Source: Catajapyx aquilonaris
Lineage: Eukaryota
Assembly (NCBI GenBank): GCA_000934665.2
Contig: KZ538380.1
Coordinates: 1-64,000, forward strand
Direction of reading: 5' to 3'
DNA length: 64,000 bases
Made by a program: the position numbers and the translations under genes. The notes beneath the pieces are model-generated. The model did no database searches and was not told the DNA's origin. It was given only the letters and a program-made list of their open reading frames with translations. Below are positions 50,959 to 63,527 of this stretch, piece after piece (the stretch's first letter is position 1; each line of letters begins with the position of its first letter).

Positions 50959-52377
50959 ACACTGAGCAAACTGAATACAAACATCACCTGCATACAAATT
51001 AATTCATGTCATGCTCTGACTTTTTAAAAATGTGGCTACAATACAACAGTGCAATATAAAACCGAATACAGGACACCCATTAATTCAAGATAAAAAACAT
51101 CATGACTCGCACACTACACTATTTTTCGCATAAGGTTAAAAACCGAGACCAATACAAATACAGACACAAAATGATAGACCTGCACGAGCACCTCCATCAC
51201 TTGGGAGAGGCCCTGCTTCAGTAGGCTTACAACCAGAGGTGAGCCCATACCTGTCAACCTCATCAAAGTGAAACTGAAGCCCCTGGCCCTTGGTTGGAGA
51301 GATGGGGGAGGCATGCAAGACCTGGGGCTTCTCAAGAGGTTCTACAAGCCAGCAAGGAAAGTTGCTAAGCCATCAGAGATATTCGATCATGAAGCAGTCT
51401 AGTTTAGTGATCTAGTGCAGTATCACTATAGGGCCAGCCATTGCTCGTACACAATAACTTCAGTAGACCATAGTGGGAATGAGAAAATTTTTTGCCAAAA
51501 TCATTGTAACTGTGTCTTGCATGTTTGGCCTTATAATATAACTGCTGCACTTAATTACTTGATAATTTTAGCAAGTGTGTTTTCAAATATGCATGTGTAA
51601 CTTCATTAGCTCTTGGTAACTTATTGCAAAGGATCTGATTCTAATTGGATGCTAGATCTTATTCTACAAGTACAAAATTTTAAATATGGTGAACTGTGTC
51701 TGTATCTGAGCCCCTAATTTCCAAGCAGAGTGCTGTAACATGCACCAGAACTATTACTGCTTCCTGAGAGAATGGTCCTGACATAAAAATGGCAACACTT
51801 TCAACAATGTAATAAAATTCATCTCTAAGGATCAAAGAAAACTGTTATGCACAAATTTCTGCTGTTTCCAGTGTCTGTTACAGATGAATTTCACTGTAAC
51901 AATGTGTGTACCAGCTGGATAAATGAAACTTGATTATTTAAAAGTGTGAATGGCATGGTGGAAGGACAAAACGAGGTGTATGCAGATATCCACCTGCAGT
52001 TGCAAAAACAGGAACAGTTGCCCCGCAGAGTCAAGAGATGCACTTTGACGAAGCCAAGAAAGACCACTTGAACACTGCGCTCTCAAAAAAGATTGTGTCC
52101 CACCTTTGTACTTTTTGCCATAGATCATAGTTGCCAACTCTGAATCAATAAATGCATGGCTCCACTAGTCACAATCATGGAAAGCACCTCCACAAACAAT
52201 GATTACATTTTAAGAAGTAAGCAACTTTTATCTTTTGGTATCTGCACCACCTCCTTTGTGATGGAATGCCATTATTTTTTACTTAGATGTCGTTTTCTTA
52301 ACAAAAAAATGTAAAAGTGAAAAGAAACATAAGACCAACCACAAGCCAAGTATTTCACTTGAATATTAAACTGTGAC

Positions 52378-52555
52378 TCATCGCCCCTCCAGAAAAGCTT
52401 CCTTGATCTGCCTCACTGTCTTGAAGCTGTTAAACATCTGCTCCAAGGATGCCCGGGTCATTGGTATGTTGGTATACCACTCGGAACTGTCAGCCTCATA
52501 GGACATCTTTGGACTCAGGTAGAAACAGTTGTTGCGAGGCACCATGAGTCCAGGG
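52378..52555 (-). CDS. DUF3504 (ZMYM/woc/QRICH1-like) gene, last exon
   Basis: After a 68-nt GT-AG intron: (C)PGLMVPRNNCFYLSPKMSYEADSSEWYTNIPMTRASLEQMFNSFKTVRQIKEAFLEGR*, matching the ZMYM FYL.P...WY...VRE terminus. Confidence 0.85.
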
Positions 52556-52623
52556 CTGTTAATGTTATAATATTTGTAAGAACTCGACTTTCCCGTAAAA
52601 ACTCCAAAAAGAAGTAAACTGAC

Positions 52624-52720
52624 CATTTAGACAGGTAAAACTCGTAATGCTTCACTGGACAGCGCTGGGGCAGATCCTTGTTTTGAAACTGCTCATAATA
52701 ACTGCGCATTTTGTTCTTGC
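52624..52720 (-). CDS. DUF3504 gene, exon 3
   Basis: CTTCTTGCAG acceptor; KNKMRSYYEQFQNKDLPQRCPVKHYEFYLSKC matches the ZMYM P.RCPVKLYEFYLSKC motif. Confidence 0.88.
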
Positions 52721-53876
52721 CTGCAAGAAGAAATAAATCAGTTGTTTCAAAAACAAAGTCCAATGAAGCAACTTTTGAGAAAAACACAAAAAACTGGTCC
52801 TGGTCATTCCCATCATTACTTTTGTTATTATTATTATTATTATTTTAGTGAATATTCCTCATTTATAGAGGAATATAATATTGCATATTATATCTAGAAA
52901 TTGCCCATGGAATCTGTGAAATTTGAATGGAAACTTAGTGGACTTATGTCCTTTTCAAAACAACTGGGCATGAAAGCAAGTTGTCTACATGAAATTATTT
53001 TTTATATTGTTACAAGTTATATTTATGCTTTTTTGTTTCGTCGTCACTTTCTGCTATAGTTGTTGACCAGCTAATTAATGTTTCATAGAATACTATGTGT
53101 TGTTGGGGGATGTACAGTACTTGATATCTTCCATCATGTGGACATTGAAATTTCCATTTTTTTGCACTAGTTGCGACATTGCAGTATTCAAGAGAGGTTT
53201 AGATATTATGGATATCTTTCATTGCCTGCTTTAAACCCAAAAAATCACAATCGCAAGCAAGCAACATGGCAGTGTTAACTCAAATATTCCAAGTAGTGGA
53301 CATAAGTCTTTTCGAAACAACTTATTCAAATAGCATCAGGTTCACTTGTTGGCGGCCACAAGTTTGCATGCAGTGTATGAAATTATCAACTCATAAGGTA
53401 GGTTCTTCATTCAGCATTATTATATTTTTCAAAGATCCTACAAGTACAGTGTTGGCCATATATCGAGGCAACCGCCAGCGATATTTCCCGAAGCGGCAGA
53501 AGAAGGAATCTTGCTCGCCCGGCTTGTAAGTATGCTTATCATCCTACTGGCCTCAAACAGACGACAAGTGTTGGGTGCCAGTACAGCATGTTCTTTGCGT
53601 TCCCCACTTCTATTACAGGCAGATAATACAAATTACATGAAGTGTCTACTGAACTGATTGATAGAAAGTGGTTGTCCTACCAGAAAAATTTGTCTGATTA
53701 GAGAAGTGAACATTCTGCAGGCTTCACGGTGAGGGTAAGCACATTGAATGTCCTGATTTTATGTAAAAAGCTATTTTTAACTACTAAAAGTAAAATATAT
53801 AAACTTTTTATTGTAGATTTGGAAAGTTCACAAACTTAGCTTTCCAATGGTACCATGTTTGTCACTCTATGGACTA

Positions 53877-54882
53877 CAGGGTTGGCAATAATCAATGATT
53901 ATTTTGAAATAATCAAATAATCGGATTATTTTGATTATAATCGGATTATTTTGATAATAATGTTATTATTTGTAGTACAGCACTTTATTTCATATTCCTG
54001 ATAAAAACCCCACCTGCTATTTGAAGAAAATCAAGAAATGTATGTCAATATTGTCAAACATGTTACATTCCAAGGAAAGTACAATATAATTATACAGTCA
54101 ATCCTCGTTTAACACGGATTCCGCTTACTTGGGAGCGACTAGCCGACTACACTATTCAGTAGTGTATACCTGTGTATACATACCTGTAAGTCTGTAACAC
54201 TTACAGTATTATTGTACACTACTGTATTACGCAGAAAGCAGTGCCTGATGTACTACCTCTGTGGCTCTGTCATGTTCTCATGTACTGATTATGATAATTA
54301 AACTGTAGTTTACTACATATAGAATAGTCAAGTCTCAAGAGTCAAGAGTTTTAACCCTTAACTACGTAGGTGGGCGAAACACCTTTAACTACGTAGGTGG
54401 AGCCTGAGAGGCTCCAACGGTATATTTAAATTTATGCTTATCAACTAAATTGTTATATTGGACTTTTCACATACAGAAAGTGCAGTTCAGATCATTAGGC
54501 TTCCGAAAACGTAAAAATCACACGCTGAGTCAGCATATTCCGACAGGGAAAATTTTTTAAATTAAAAGGTTACATCAACAACTTTGAGTCGCTCTGGCTT
54601 ATTCACCTGCATAGGGATAACCTGAGTGGTTAGAGGGACCTGTTCCTCGTTACGAATTTTTTTAAACCAAAGTATAGGGACTAAAAAAAATTTTCTTTCA
54701 TTTTCATGCTTAGGAAGGGTTTTCTGACAAAGTCACGGAAGGAGAGTGGAAAATAACATTCAATGAAAAAGTTACATGCGCTTAAATAGTGCTTGGAGCC
54801 TCTCAGGCTCCACCTACGTAGTTAAGGGTTAAGTTTTAAATTTTTGACTGGTGAGTTTGTGATTATTGGTAGGATAAATGTA

Positions 54883-54935
<53 letters not shown>

Positions 54936-55018
54936 GTGATTATAATCAAGATTTTCATTATTAATCAGTTGATTATAATCATGATTATAATCAATTGATT
55001 ATAATCATGCCAACCCTG
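53877..55018. mobile_element. hAT non-autonomous element
   Basis: CAGGGTTGGCA...TGCCAACCCTG, perfect 8-bp TSD ATGGACTA, subterminal ATAATC/GATTAT repeats. Confidence 0.9.
54355..54828. mobile_element. piggyBac-type MITE nested in the hAT element
   Basis: TTAA|CCCTTAACTACGTAGGTGG...CCACCTACGTAGTTAAGGG|TTAA. Confidence 0.9.
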
Positions 55019-55561
55019 ATGGACTATCCAAGTTTAACAATTTGCTAGCAAAGTTTCGAGGTCATGGTATTTTTTGACATGCTAATTTCATTTTACAATT
55101 GTAAATAGTCACCGATCATCAAGAGATAATCAAAATCTGATGGAAGTTTTGAAATCAGCAGGTTTCAAATCATGAGTGTAGCAATTTGTAGGTGTGTAGT
55201 ACAAGTAATCACTGCATAGAAAAATAAATTACAAGACATTGCACCTTTCCCAACAATCTAGCGAAGCTCTTTTCCCATTTATGACCAATATTTTGAAAAA
55301 TTCACAACTTTTGATATAACCAAGATATTGACCTAAATTTTGAGGATCTCTCTCTTTTAACACGTGCAACAAGTGTACCTAATTTGATCAAAATCTGAGA
55401 TGGTCGGGTGGCATTCTGTTTTTTCTCTGGATGATCTGACATGGAATGACCCAGAAGCCTATCTCATATGTTTTTCAATGGACTGGCATTAACGACCAAA
55501 ATAATAGCAGCAGGCAGCATAAAATAGTATTAATCAGTAGGACCAGACTAGCTGACTATAC

Positions 55562-55963
55562 CTAGCAGACTGGCTGGGGGATAGAAGCGCAGAATAATCC
55601 TTTTCTCCGTGTTACTTGAGGTGGCACCGACAGCAGGTGAGGAAGTCCCAGATGAGGTGACGTTCTGGTAGTGCCTCATGAGGTGTGTGAAGGCCAGCTG
55701 CATGTGATCCTCCACGCTTCGCAGGCCAAAATAGCGAGTGTTAAAGTACAGGATGGTGTTCAGGAGGGTCACTGGCGAATGGACTCCCAGCTGCTTGCTC
55801 TCCCACAATAGCTCTTCTTCAATGTAAGAGACCAAGCTCTGCTCAGACTCTGAAGCCAGTGGGAATAATCTGGACACTGTTTCATCGAGGCATTCTTTGG
55901 GCTCCTTGTTGTCCAAATCCAAGATGTCCTGACGATTATTCGCAGGTAGGTCCTTCTGGATAT
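55562..55963 (-). CDS. DUF3504 gene, exon 2
   Basis: TTTGCAG acceptor, phase 1/1; SYIEEELLWESKQLGVHSPVTLLNTILYFNTRYFGLRSVEDHMQLAFTHLMR...LRFYPP is the ZMYM2-4/woc/QRICH1 DUF3504 core. Confidence 0.92.
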
Positions 55964-56693
55964 CTGCAAATGGGGCCATGTCATTCTGGAGTCTCCTCAA
56001 CAGTGCATTATTTTTCAGAGCCATAAACAGCAAGGAGGGGGCAAATTTATAAGAGATTAATTCATCCATGGACAAACTAAACGCCACCCTCCACAATCAA
56101 GTACAGTATGTATAAGTGCATTTTTCTCCTAATTTTTACTTAGCCAAATGAAGATTATGTGTCTTTGAATATACAGTACTTTATATATGCTACAGCACTT
56201 TAGTCACCCGTCAACATTAGAAGGCTGTAGTGGTGTGACTGAGAATGAATCTTAAAAGATATCAGCAATGGGAAATAAAATGCAGCGCTGCTTTGAACTC
56301 ATGTAATTATTGTTGTCAACCCTTTATTCAGTTACCTTTTTAGCAGTCACATGTGATCAATTCATTTTTGCCTTGATCCCCAACTTTTAGTCCGGTGATA
56401 TTTCTACAGCACAAATACAGAGTCATACCAAAATAATAGAATCTCTCCCTGAGCATGCATTACAATCCCCCAGGATCATCACTCGTCCAAAATATGGCAA
56501 CAGTGGCTGACAAAATAAAGTACCGTATGTAAATGCAATGAGGACTGGATTACGCGGACCAGCGTGGACTACTACTCACTTCTATCACATGTGAACGAAA
56601 AAAGTACCGGTATTTATTTCTTCATTTGATGCACAATGCCACCGCAACAATGCATTTTAAAAGTGATGGCACAGGATAGTCAAGTCTGGTTTA

Positions 56694-56865
56694 AGCTGCG
56701 TTTACATGCGAGCGATTTATCAGCGATGTTGCAGCAATTGTACTGTACATTGCTCAGCGATGAGATCAATATTGTTTGGGGCGAAAATATTTTATACCAC
56801 CCTGTACCACCTTGGTACCACCATTGTTACATCGCTGATAAATCTCTCGCATGTAAACGCGGCTT
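56694..56865. mobile_element. Harbinger-like MITE
   Basis: AGCTGCGTTTACATGCGAG...CTCGCATGTAAACGCGGCT inverted ends in TTA/TAA context. Confidence 0.7.
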
Positions 56866-57204
56866 AAAACGATGAAATTCTTAACAAAAATCATTTCAAA
56901 TACCTTAATATAGGAATATGGACACTCCAAGACATCGCCCTCTACATTGTTTGTGACCCTTAATTGCATGGCAACAATAGCGGTGTCAAAAATTATGCTT
57001 GTAAATGCAGGGTGTTCCAAGGTCGTGGGTAGTTTTTAGTTATCACTGATATCACCCAAAGTAGTTATTTTATGTCGCTATATTGTTGTGCCCTGATAGT
57101 GCCCCAGGTGGTCGAATAAACAGCAGTTTCAATGAAATAGGGCACATGGTTAGGGTTTAGGGGCACAAGAAGCTACAAAAAAAAAATAATAGCAGCTTCG
57201 AGCA

Positions 57205-57680
57205 AAAGGACATGGCACAAAATGTATGCGGGCCAGTGGCCTTCCGTTCGATTTGCCTGAAAATGGGATATGTTGTATCTCATACTGTCCTGATCAATGT
57301 TAGATAGGGACATTTCGAGGTAGGACCTACAGGGAGCATGCTAATATAATATGAGGAGTATAGTATAGTTACTATACTCCCCATATTACCTTCGAAGGTC
57401 ATTAGCATGCTCCCTGTAGGTCCTACCTCGAAATGTCCCTATCTAACATTGATCAGGACGGTCTAAGCTGCAACATATCCAATTTTCAGGCAAATGAAAC
57501 GGAAAACCAGACCATGTCCCATAGTACCTTTGGAGGTCGTCATTAGCACACTCCCTGTAGGTCCTACCTCGAAATGTCCCTATCTAACATTGATCAGGAC
57601 AGTCTGGGCTGAAACATATCCCATTTTAAGGCAAATCGAACGGAAGGCCACTGACCCATACATTTTGTGCCATGTCCTTT
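57205..57680. mobile_element. Palindromic element with internal arm duplication
   Basis: AAAGGACATGGCACAAAATGTATG...CATACATTTTGTGCCATGTCCTTT; block CTCCCTGTAGGTCCTACCTCGAAATGTCCC present twice on + and once inverted. Confidence 0.7.
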
Positions 57681-57686
57681 CCTATA

Positions 57687-58013
57687 TAGTAGAACCACGA
57701 TTATCCGTCACCCATGGGACTGTGGCATCGTCAGACAACCGAAAAGGTTGGATAATAATCCGAGGAGTAAAAAAAAAACTTTAATAAAACAATACACGTA
57801 AAACATGAAATAAACGTACAATATTATGGTTTCTAAGAAATTGCAAAGTATTTTTCTTTAACTCACACACTCTACTGTACTGAATTTACAATATATTTAA
57901 CAAAGGCAAAACAAACAAATGCTTAGAACATTACAGTATTTCATGAGAAAACAGATTTATTGCCGGAGAGGGATGGTCAGATAATACGAGGTCGGATAAT
58001 CGGGGTTCTACTG
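57687..58013. mobile_element. Tigger/pogo-like MITE
   Basis: TAGTAGAACCACGATTATCCG...CGGATAATCGGGGTTCTACTG|TA. Confidence 0.75.
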
Positions 58014-58370
58014 TAACTAAAAACCCCACAACCATATTTTGACATGTAATTGGACTGTATTGTTGGTTTCCAGTTGTGTCAACTCTCAGGTTAATGACAG
58101 TCAGCAAAGGTCAGGTTGGCACTTGGGAGTGTTGGCACCACTGGCAACCAACAATAAAATCTAGTTACCGATATGTCCAAACTTTAAGGTCACCCTGTAT
58201 AATTACTCGGATTTAAGCAGGCATTTTAACGATAGGCCTACATATACGGAATGACTGTGTGGCTTTTGTTATCCCCGCTTAGAAAGTGTTTCGCTTTATA
58301 AGTGTACTGGTACTCTACGCTGTTTTCATTACTGAAACTGGACAGCATTTGGTACTACACAAACTGATAT

Positions 58371-60348
58371 ATGGCTAATTCCATGCGTGACTTACACGAC
58401 ATGACACTCCGTTTATGCCTAACTTTTAATTTTTTAAAGCACAAACTTAACATTTAAGGAAAGGGTATTTAATCAGAAATAGGTAGTGTGTATCTAAGTG
58501 TTAATTAATGTTTTCATTTTAACAGTTGCACATTTCATTTGAGTTATATAAATATATAACGGAATTCGTGACTTACATGACAAGAAAGCCACTGGTAAGA
58601 GAGGCTCAGATACAAATGTAAAATTCTTCACATTTATGACTTAAATACTACTGTTATTGGGGTGAGGATATTTTCAAAAACCCAAATATATTATTATGTG
58701 TACTTGGTGTTATGTTATTAATTTTACAAGAAATAAATTATTTCTTTTGTGACTTACATGACACTTTTGTCCTCATTGCTTTCTGATTAGATACATGAGA
58801 AGAATGTTGGATATTTAGGACAGTAGTAATCTCTCTTATTACATGTTATTTTATTAAAACATTTAAATCATAGGCCTACATGAGAATGTGCAGGGCTCCA
58901 TTTTTAAAATTAACATTTGAACATGTATAATGCATACATAATGCATGTACCTGAGCAGACAGCAGTGGAGTCATTGTATTGTCATGTGAGATGGCCAGGT
59001 GTGATACGTGATGGTCATTGCTGGCCACCCTGTCATGGGATAATTATAATGCCAGGAAGGCGGAATGTGTATGTAGGCTACTACTGTACATTGCATGTAG
59101 TCCATATGTGTATAAATGGTCTATAAATTAGTAAACTTGCCCAACAAAGCATGTAGTGAGTTCTGTCCATTACATTTGCAGTCAATGACAATCCAGTTAT
59201 CTGCTTTGTTATCGGTAAAACTAAAAGCTGATTCATTACTATTTGTCGATTCTGCAGGCAAATTACACATTTGGGATGAATTAGCTGTATGAGTACCGGA
59301 AGTTCGTGGTACAATGTCTTCAATAAGTAAAGTTAAAAATAAACAATATCAAACTCAAAAATGGAAGCATTGGAAATAAGACAATGTTCTAGTTCATAAT
59401 GTCCAAGTGTACTGAAATAATGAGATTCTCTTAGTCAGGAAAATAAACAACAACTTTTCCAGTAGGATTCCACATTTCATCAAGCAGAGCTATTCTTCTT
59501 TCAATATCCTTTGATTCAATGAATATAATATTAATATTTGGATAAACTCTGTGGGCAACTTCTGCAAATTCTCCAGCAGTGTTTGGATCAAACTGTCTGG
59601 CATTGATGGCTTTCTCAAACTCTACATTTTACCTTCAAAGCGTCTCTCTCACTAAAAGTCATACATTTTTTAAAAAATTACACCTTTCTTTTTGCCTTTC
59701 CAATGCACTTATCTCGGACAGCTCCTTGATTTAACTACATTTGCATTTTCTTCCATTCCACTACTGTAAGTGCCATTTTACCAGCCGGGAAACAATAGTG
59801 ACAGTGGCATTCAAGTGGATTCATGACGTACACGACAAAAATTAAATGCCCATAACAATGTTCAGACAAAAATCATTATTATTATTTGAAGGGTACTACT
59901 GTGTAGTGAGAAGGTAATTAATATCAACTTTTAGATTTTGGTATACTACAGTTAAATTTTTTAAAAAGGTCAAAAAATTGTGACTTACACAACACAAAGA
60001 TGGTATATAAACTAGCTAATTTTTATGCTGAATAAGTCATTGCAATGGAAAGATAAATATATAGTACATTCATCCAGTTCTTATGTGATAGAAATCATAC
60101 TGCATGAAAAACACTACCTCACGTGTTGAATTTTGAAGATTTTTATGGAGCCTTACAACAAAGAAATTTGCACGCTCACCATATTGGAAATAAACAGTGT
60201 TGTTAACTTGAATGTATATGACAATTTTCTAATATCTGTTCAAAAATTTAAAAAAATACACAATCTCAGCTTTCAGAAAAGATCATGGTATCATAGAAAT
60301 CATTTATTTTAAAATCTGACCCTGATGTATTCGCATGGAATTAGCCAT
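58371..60348 (-). mobile_element. Non-autonomous DNA transposon (Sola-like relic)
   Basis: 17-bp TIR ATGGCTAATTCCATGCG/CGCATGGAATTAGCCAT, internal GTGACTTACA(C/T)GAC repeats, minus-strand remnant EFAEVAHRVYPNINIFIESKDIERR. Confidence 0.6.
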
Positions 60349-60897
60349 CATTTAAATTAAATTTTGCACAAAGCCGATTAAATTTTTTTCGCACTCTTTC
60401 TATGCAGGAAGAATTCCATTATTAGATAAGAGGCAGCAAGAGCACATTTATACCTGCCTGTGCATAAAATTGGCGAACCTTGCTCATTCATGTTGCTATC
60501 ACACATTTGCGTCATTTTCTCATTTTTCTCGCATTCCATTTCATAACTGAAAGCTGACGCCCGATTTCCCTTACATATGACTTTTATCTCTGTACTTTGG
60601 TGCTATTGTCTGCTGTTATTAAGTGGCCAGCACAATAATGGCTGCTACAGTAATAAAATCTACCTGCACCGGAATTGGATATGACAAAAACCTTTCTATA
60701 ATAGGCGTACCTAGGTAAAGTTTGCCACCATGGCAACAAGAGGGGCGTTTGCTGGACAATTTTACCGTGGGACGTTGCCTCCCTCTACACAGCAGTCTAC
60801 ACAGTATACCGATGAAATCCTTCATATTGTAATTATTACACAGAGACTAATAAGTTAATCAGTCGCTCTCGCACTCAACCCTGTGAAGTTAACATAC

Positions 60898-61081
60898 CTT
60901 TTTCAGTATTCTGACCATGGTTGGCGTCATCGTCATGGTCGGTATTGTCAGCCGTCGCCAGACTTTTATCGTCGCTGACGTTGTCCAGTTTCAGGGACTC
61001 ACTGCTGGGCACGGGATTGCCCACGGGATCCATTTGGGAGTCTGATGGCACCAACCCAACGCCCTGTTGACAACTCGCCAT
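60898..61081 (-). CDS. DUF3504 gene, putative first coding exon
   Basis: GTGATGG start after an in-frame upstream TAG; acidic MASCQQG...DNTDHDDDANHGQNTEK; strong G|GTATGT phase-1 donor matches the exon 2 acceptor. Confidence 0.65.
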
Positions 61082-62446
61082 CACAACCCCACTACAGCCC
61101 TGCACTGACTGCCAGTGCCAGAAGCCAGACTGCCTGCTCCTGATGTGCGGTCCTCCCACCTACCACCAGTGTGCGCAGCAGTAGCTACCCGGCGCAGCAT
61201 CATGGCGGAGGGAGGCTGACTCTTTCTTCGCCAGCATGCATGGCAAGGCATCTAGGTCATGATCTTAGCATGATGTTTTGCTGCATTGTTTTCTAGGGAA
61301 AATATGCATAAATACCATAATTCCATAAATACCGATATCTGCACTAGGCGCCACCAACTAGATAAGGCAAACCTGCCACCCGGATTTGGAAGAATATCAT
61401 ATTATGCAATAACTACAAAAATTAAGCCATGGTATAACTGCTACCGTGGTATAGACTTCTAAAATAATATACGCGTACGTCATGTTAGATAGTCAGGAAC
61501 ATTTCGTCGGCAACAAGGAGAAAGGGCGAATAAACCATTTTTGATGTTATGAGAGGTAAAGAGGTTGAAAAGACCCAGTCAAAATAAATGGAGACTGATT
61601 TTTTATGTGACAAAGAGAATCAGTTCATGACTCATGGTGAATGGCATCGTGTCCAGTATGGATGGAAAAGTATTAGAACACCGATTCTTGCTGTTCAAAT
61701 ATTCCGCGATCTCAGGCGATGGTGACTCCGGAAGTAGACCTAGGTTCACATATTTGACCTCAGCACTGCCCGGAAGTCGGTGGTGAGACCCAATATTCAG
61801 GGTTGGGGTTTTGCTTCCGTTTGAATAAAACAACCACACAGGTGTACATGAGTGGGTGAAGGACTTGGGTGGGGAAGGAGCCCTGAGTGCACCCCTCATG
61901 CGCTTTTTCTTTGGCCTCCCTCCCGTGCACCCTCCCTGGGGGGCTCATTACCGGCATGTCATCCCGAGTACTGGCCAGGCCTTGGTGCCCAACATGTGCA
62001 AATGATCAATGCAAAATCGTGTGGACACTATCACTGGATGTATCATGTATACCACACATTCTGGCAAGGTCGTCGACGGTTATGCGGTGATCTTCCGCGA
62101 CAATCACTGCATAGGACATAGGTGGTGTCAATGATCTCCTCTGTCAAAAGTCTAAACTGATGGAAGTCTGCAAACCTGTCTCTTTGAAAGCTGACTACTT
62201 ACCCTTGCTGAATGCGTTGTACCATCGGAATGCTGCGGTGGGACACATCTTCGCCAGGTGCAGGTGGGGCGACTGCCCTAGGGCCCCCCAAATTTTCCGA
62301 CGAGTTTTAGAAAAAATTGAGGAAACCCACAAATCCATAATAGTAGGTATATACGTCTATAACCTATATTCTATAAGACGTAAGAAAGCGGGTTCGATCC
62401 AATCAATTCGGGCTCTTACTATCTCTCGCAGTGGCAGTGTCAGTAA

Positions 62447-62819
62447 GGGGTCGTCCATATACCACGTGACCGATTTTCGGGCACTTTTTGACCCCCCCCC
62501 CCCCCTCCACCNNNNNNNNNNNNNNNNNNNNNNNNNNNNNNNNNNNNNNNNNNNNNNNNNNNNNNNNNNNNNNNNNNNNNNNNNNNNNNNNNNNNNNNNN
62601 NNNNNNNNNNNNNNNNNNNNNNNNNNNNNNNNNNNNNNNNNNNNNNNNNNNNNNNNNNNNNNNNNNNNNNNNNNNNNNNNNNNNNNNNNNNNNNNNNNNN
62701 NNNNNNNNNNNNNNNNNNNNNNNNNNNNNNNNNNNNNNNNNNNNNNNNNNNNNNNNNNNNNNNNNNNNNNNNNNNCCCCCCCTCCCCCCAAAACGGTCAC
62801 GTGGTATATGGACGACCCC
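62447..62819. mobile_element. Harbinger-type MITE spanning an assembly gap
   Basis: TAA|GGGGTCGTCCATATACCACGTGACCG...CGGTCACGTGGTATATGGACGACCCC|TAA; N-run 62512-62775. Confidence 0.85.
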
Positions 62820-63398
62820 TAATCAGTACCGTATGGCACAAAAACACTGAAATGAGAAATCATTACAGTAATACAGTAGTAATAGGTAAGGGCTCATAGT
62901 CTACTGCCAATACTTATATCACATGTGGCCACTGGGGCCCCCCGACGAAAATACGTGAGAGACATCATAGCCGTATCCATGGATTGGACCAACATGCAAC
63001 ATGATTGTGGGTTGTGGAGTGTTCAAGGCCTTCCGGCGCCCTCCTGAGAGCCGAATCGTGGGAAATGTTTACACTTAACGCTTACACCTGGTTAGTCTGT
63101 TAGTAACAATGCAGATATTGCACTAGTGGAGAGGAAGTCGTCATGACTCATAGTCTCGACCTGAAAGACAAAGCCAACAGGGGTGGGCCAGTCGCCAGTC
63201 AATCAGACCCACTCACTGATTGAAATGGATCTTATTGTAGTCGCTCTTAATACTTGTGTGAGTTGTGTCTTGTGTCGGGAATTTCAGTTTGGATTGTTTG
63301 TGTGATGGTAGTTCGGACTCGGAGTGTTAACTGTGCAGGTGAACTGTGCAGGTGAACTCGCCATCCTGAGAATAGAAAATGCTCGGGCATTGTCTCTA

Positions 63399-63527
63399 AC
63401 CTCTAGAGACCCAATGTATAGTATGCTATACATCCGGTCTGCANGCATTTTTTAAACCTCAGAAAAAATACTCAGACAAAAATGCAGACCGGATGTATAG
63501 CATACTATACATTGGGTCTCTAGAGGC
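63399..63527. repeat. Hairpin MITE-like palindrome
   Basis: CCTCTAGAGACCC.AATGTATAGTATGCTATACATCCGGTCTGCA and its reverse complement. Confidence 0.75.

Larger units (their letters stand above)
52802..55452 (+). mobile_element. Sola2-like relic in DUF3504 intron
   Basis: GGTCATTCC.../TGACATGGAATGACCC ends; transposase C-terminal-like remnant YWPQTDDKCWVPVQHVLC at ~53548-53600. Confidence 0.5.

Noticed and set aside
62160..62850. Long ORFs containing X runs
   Set aside because: Artefacts of the N gap.
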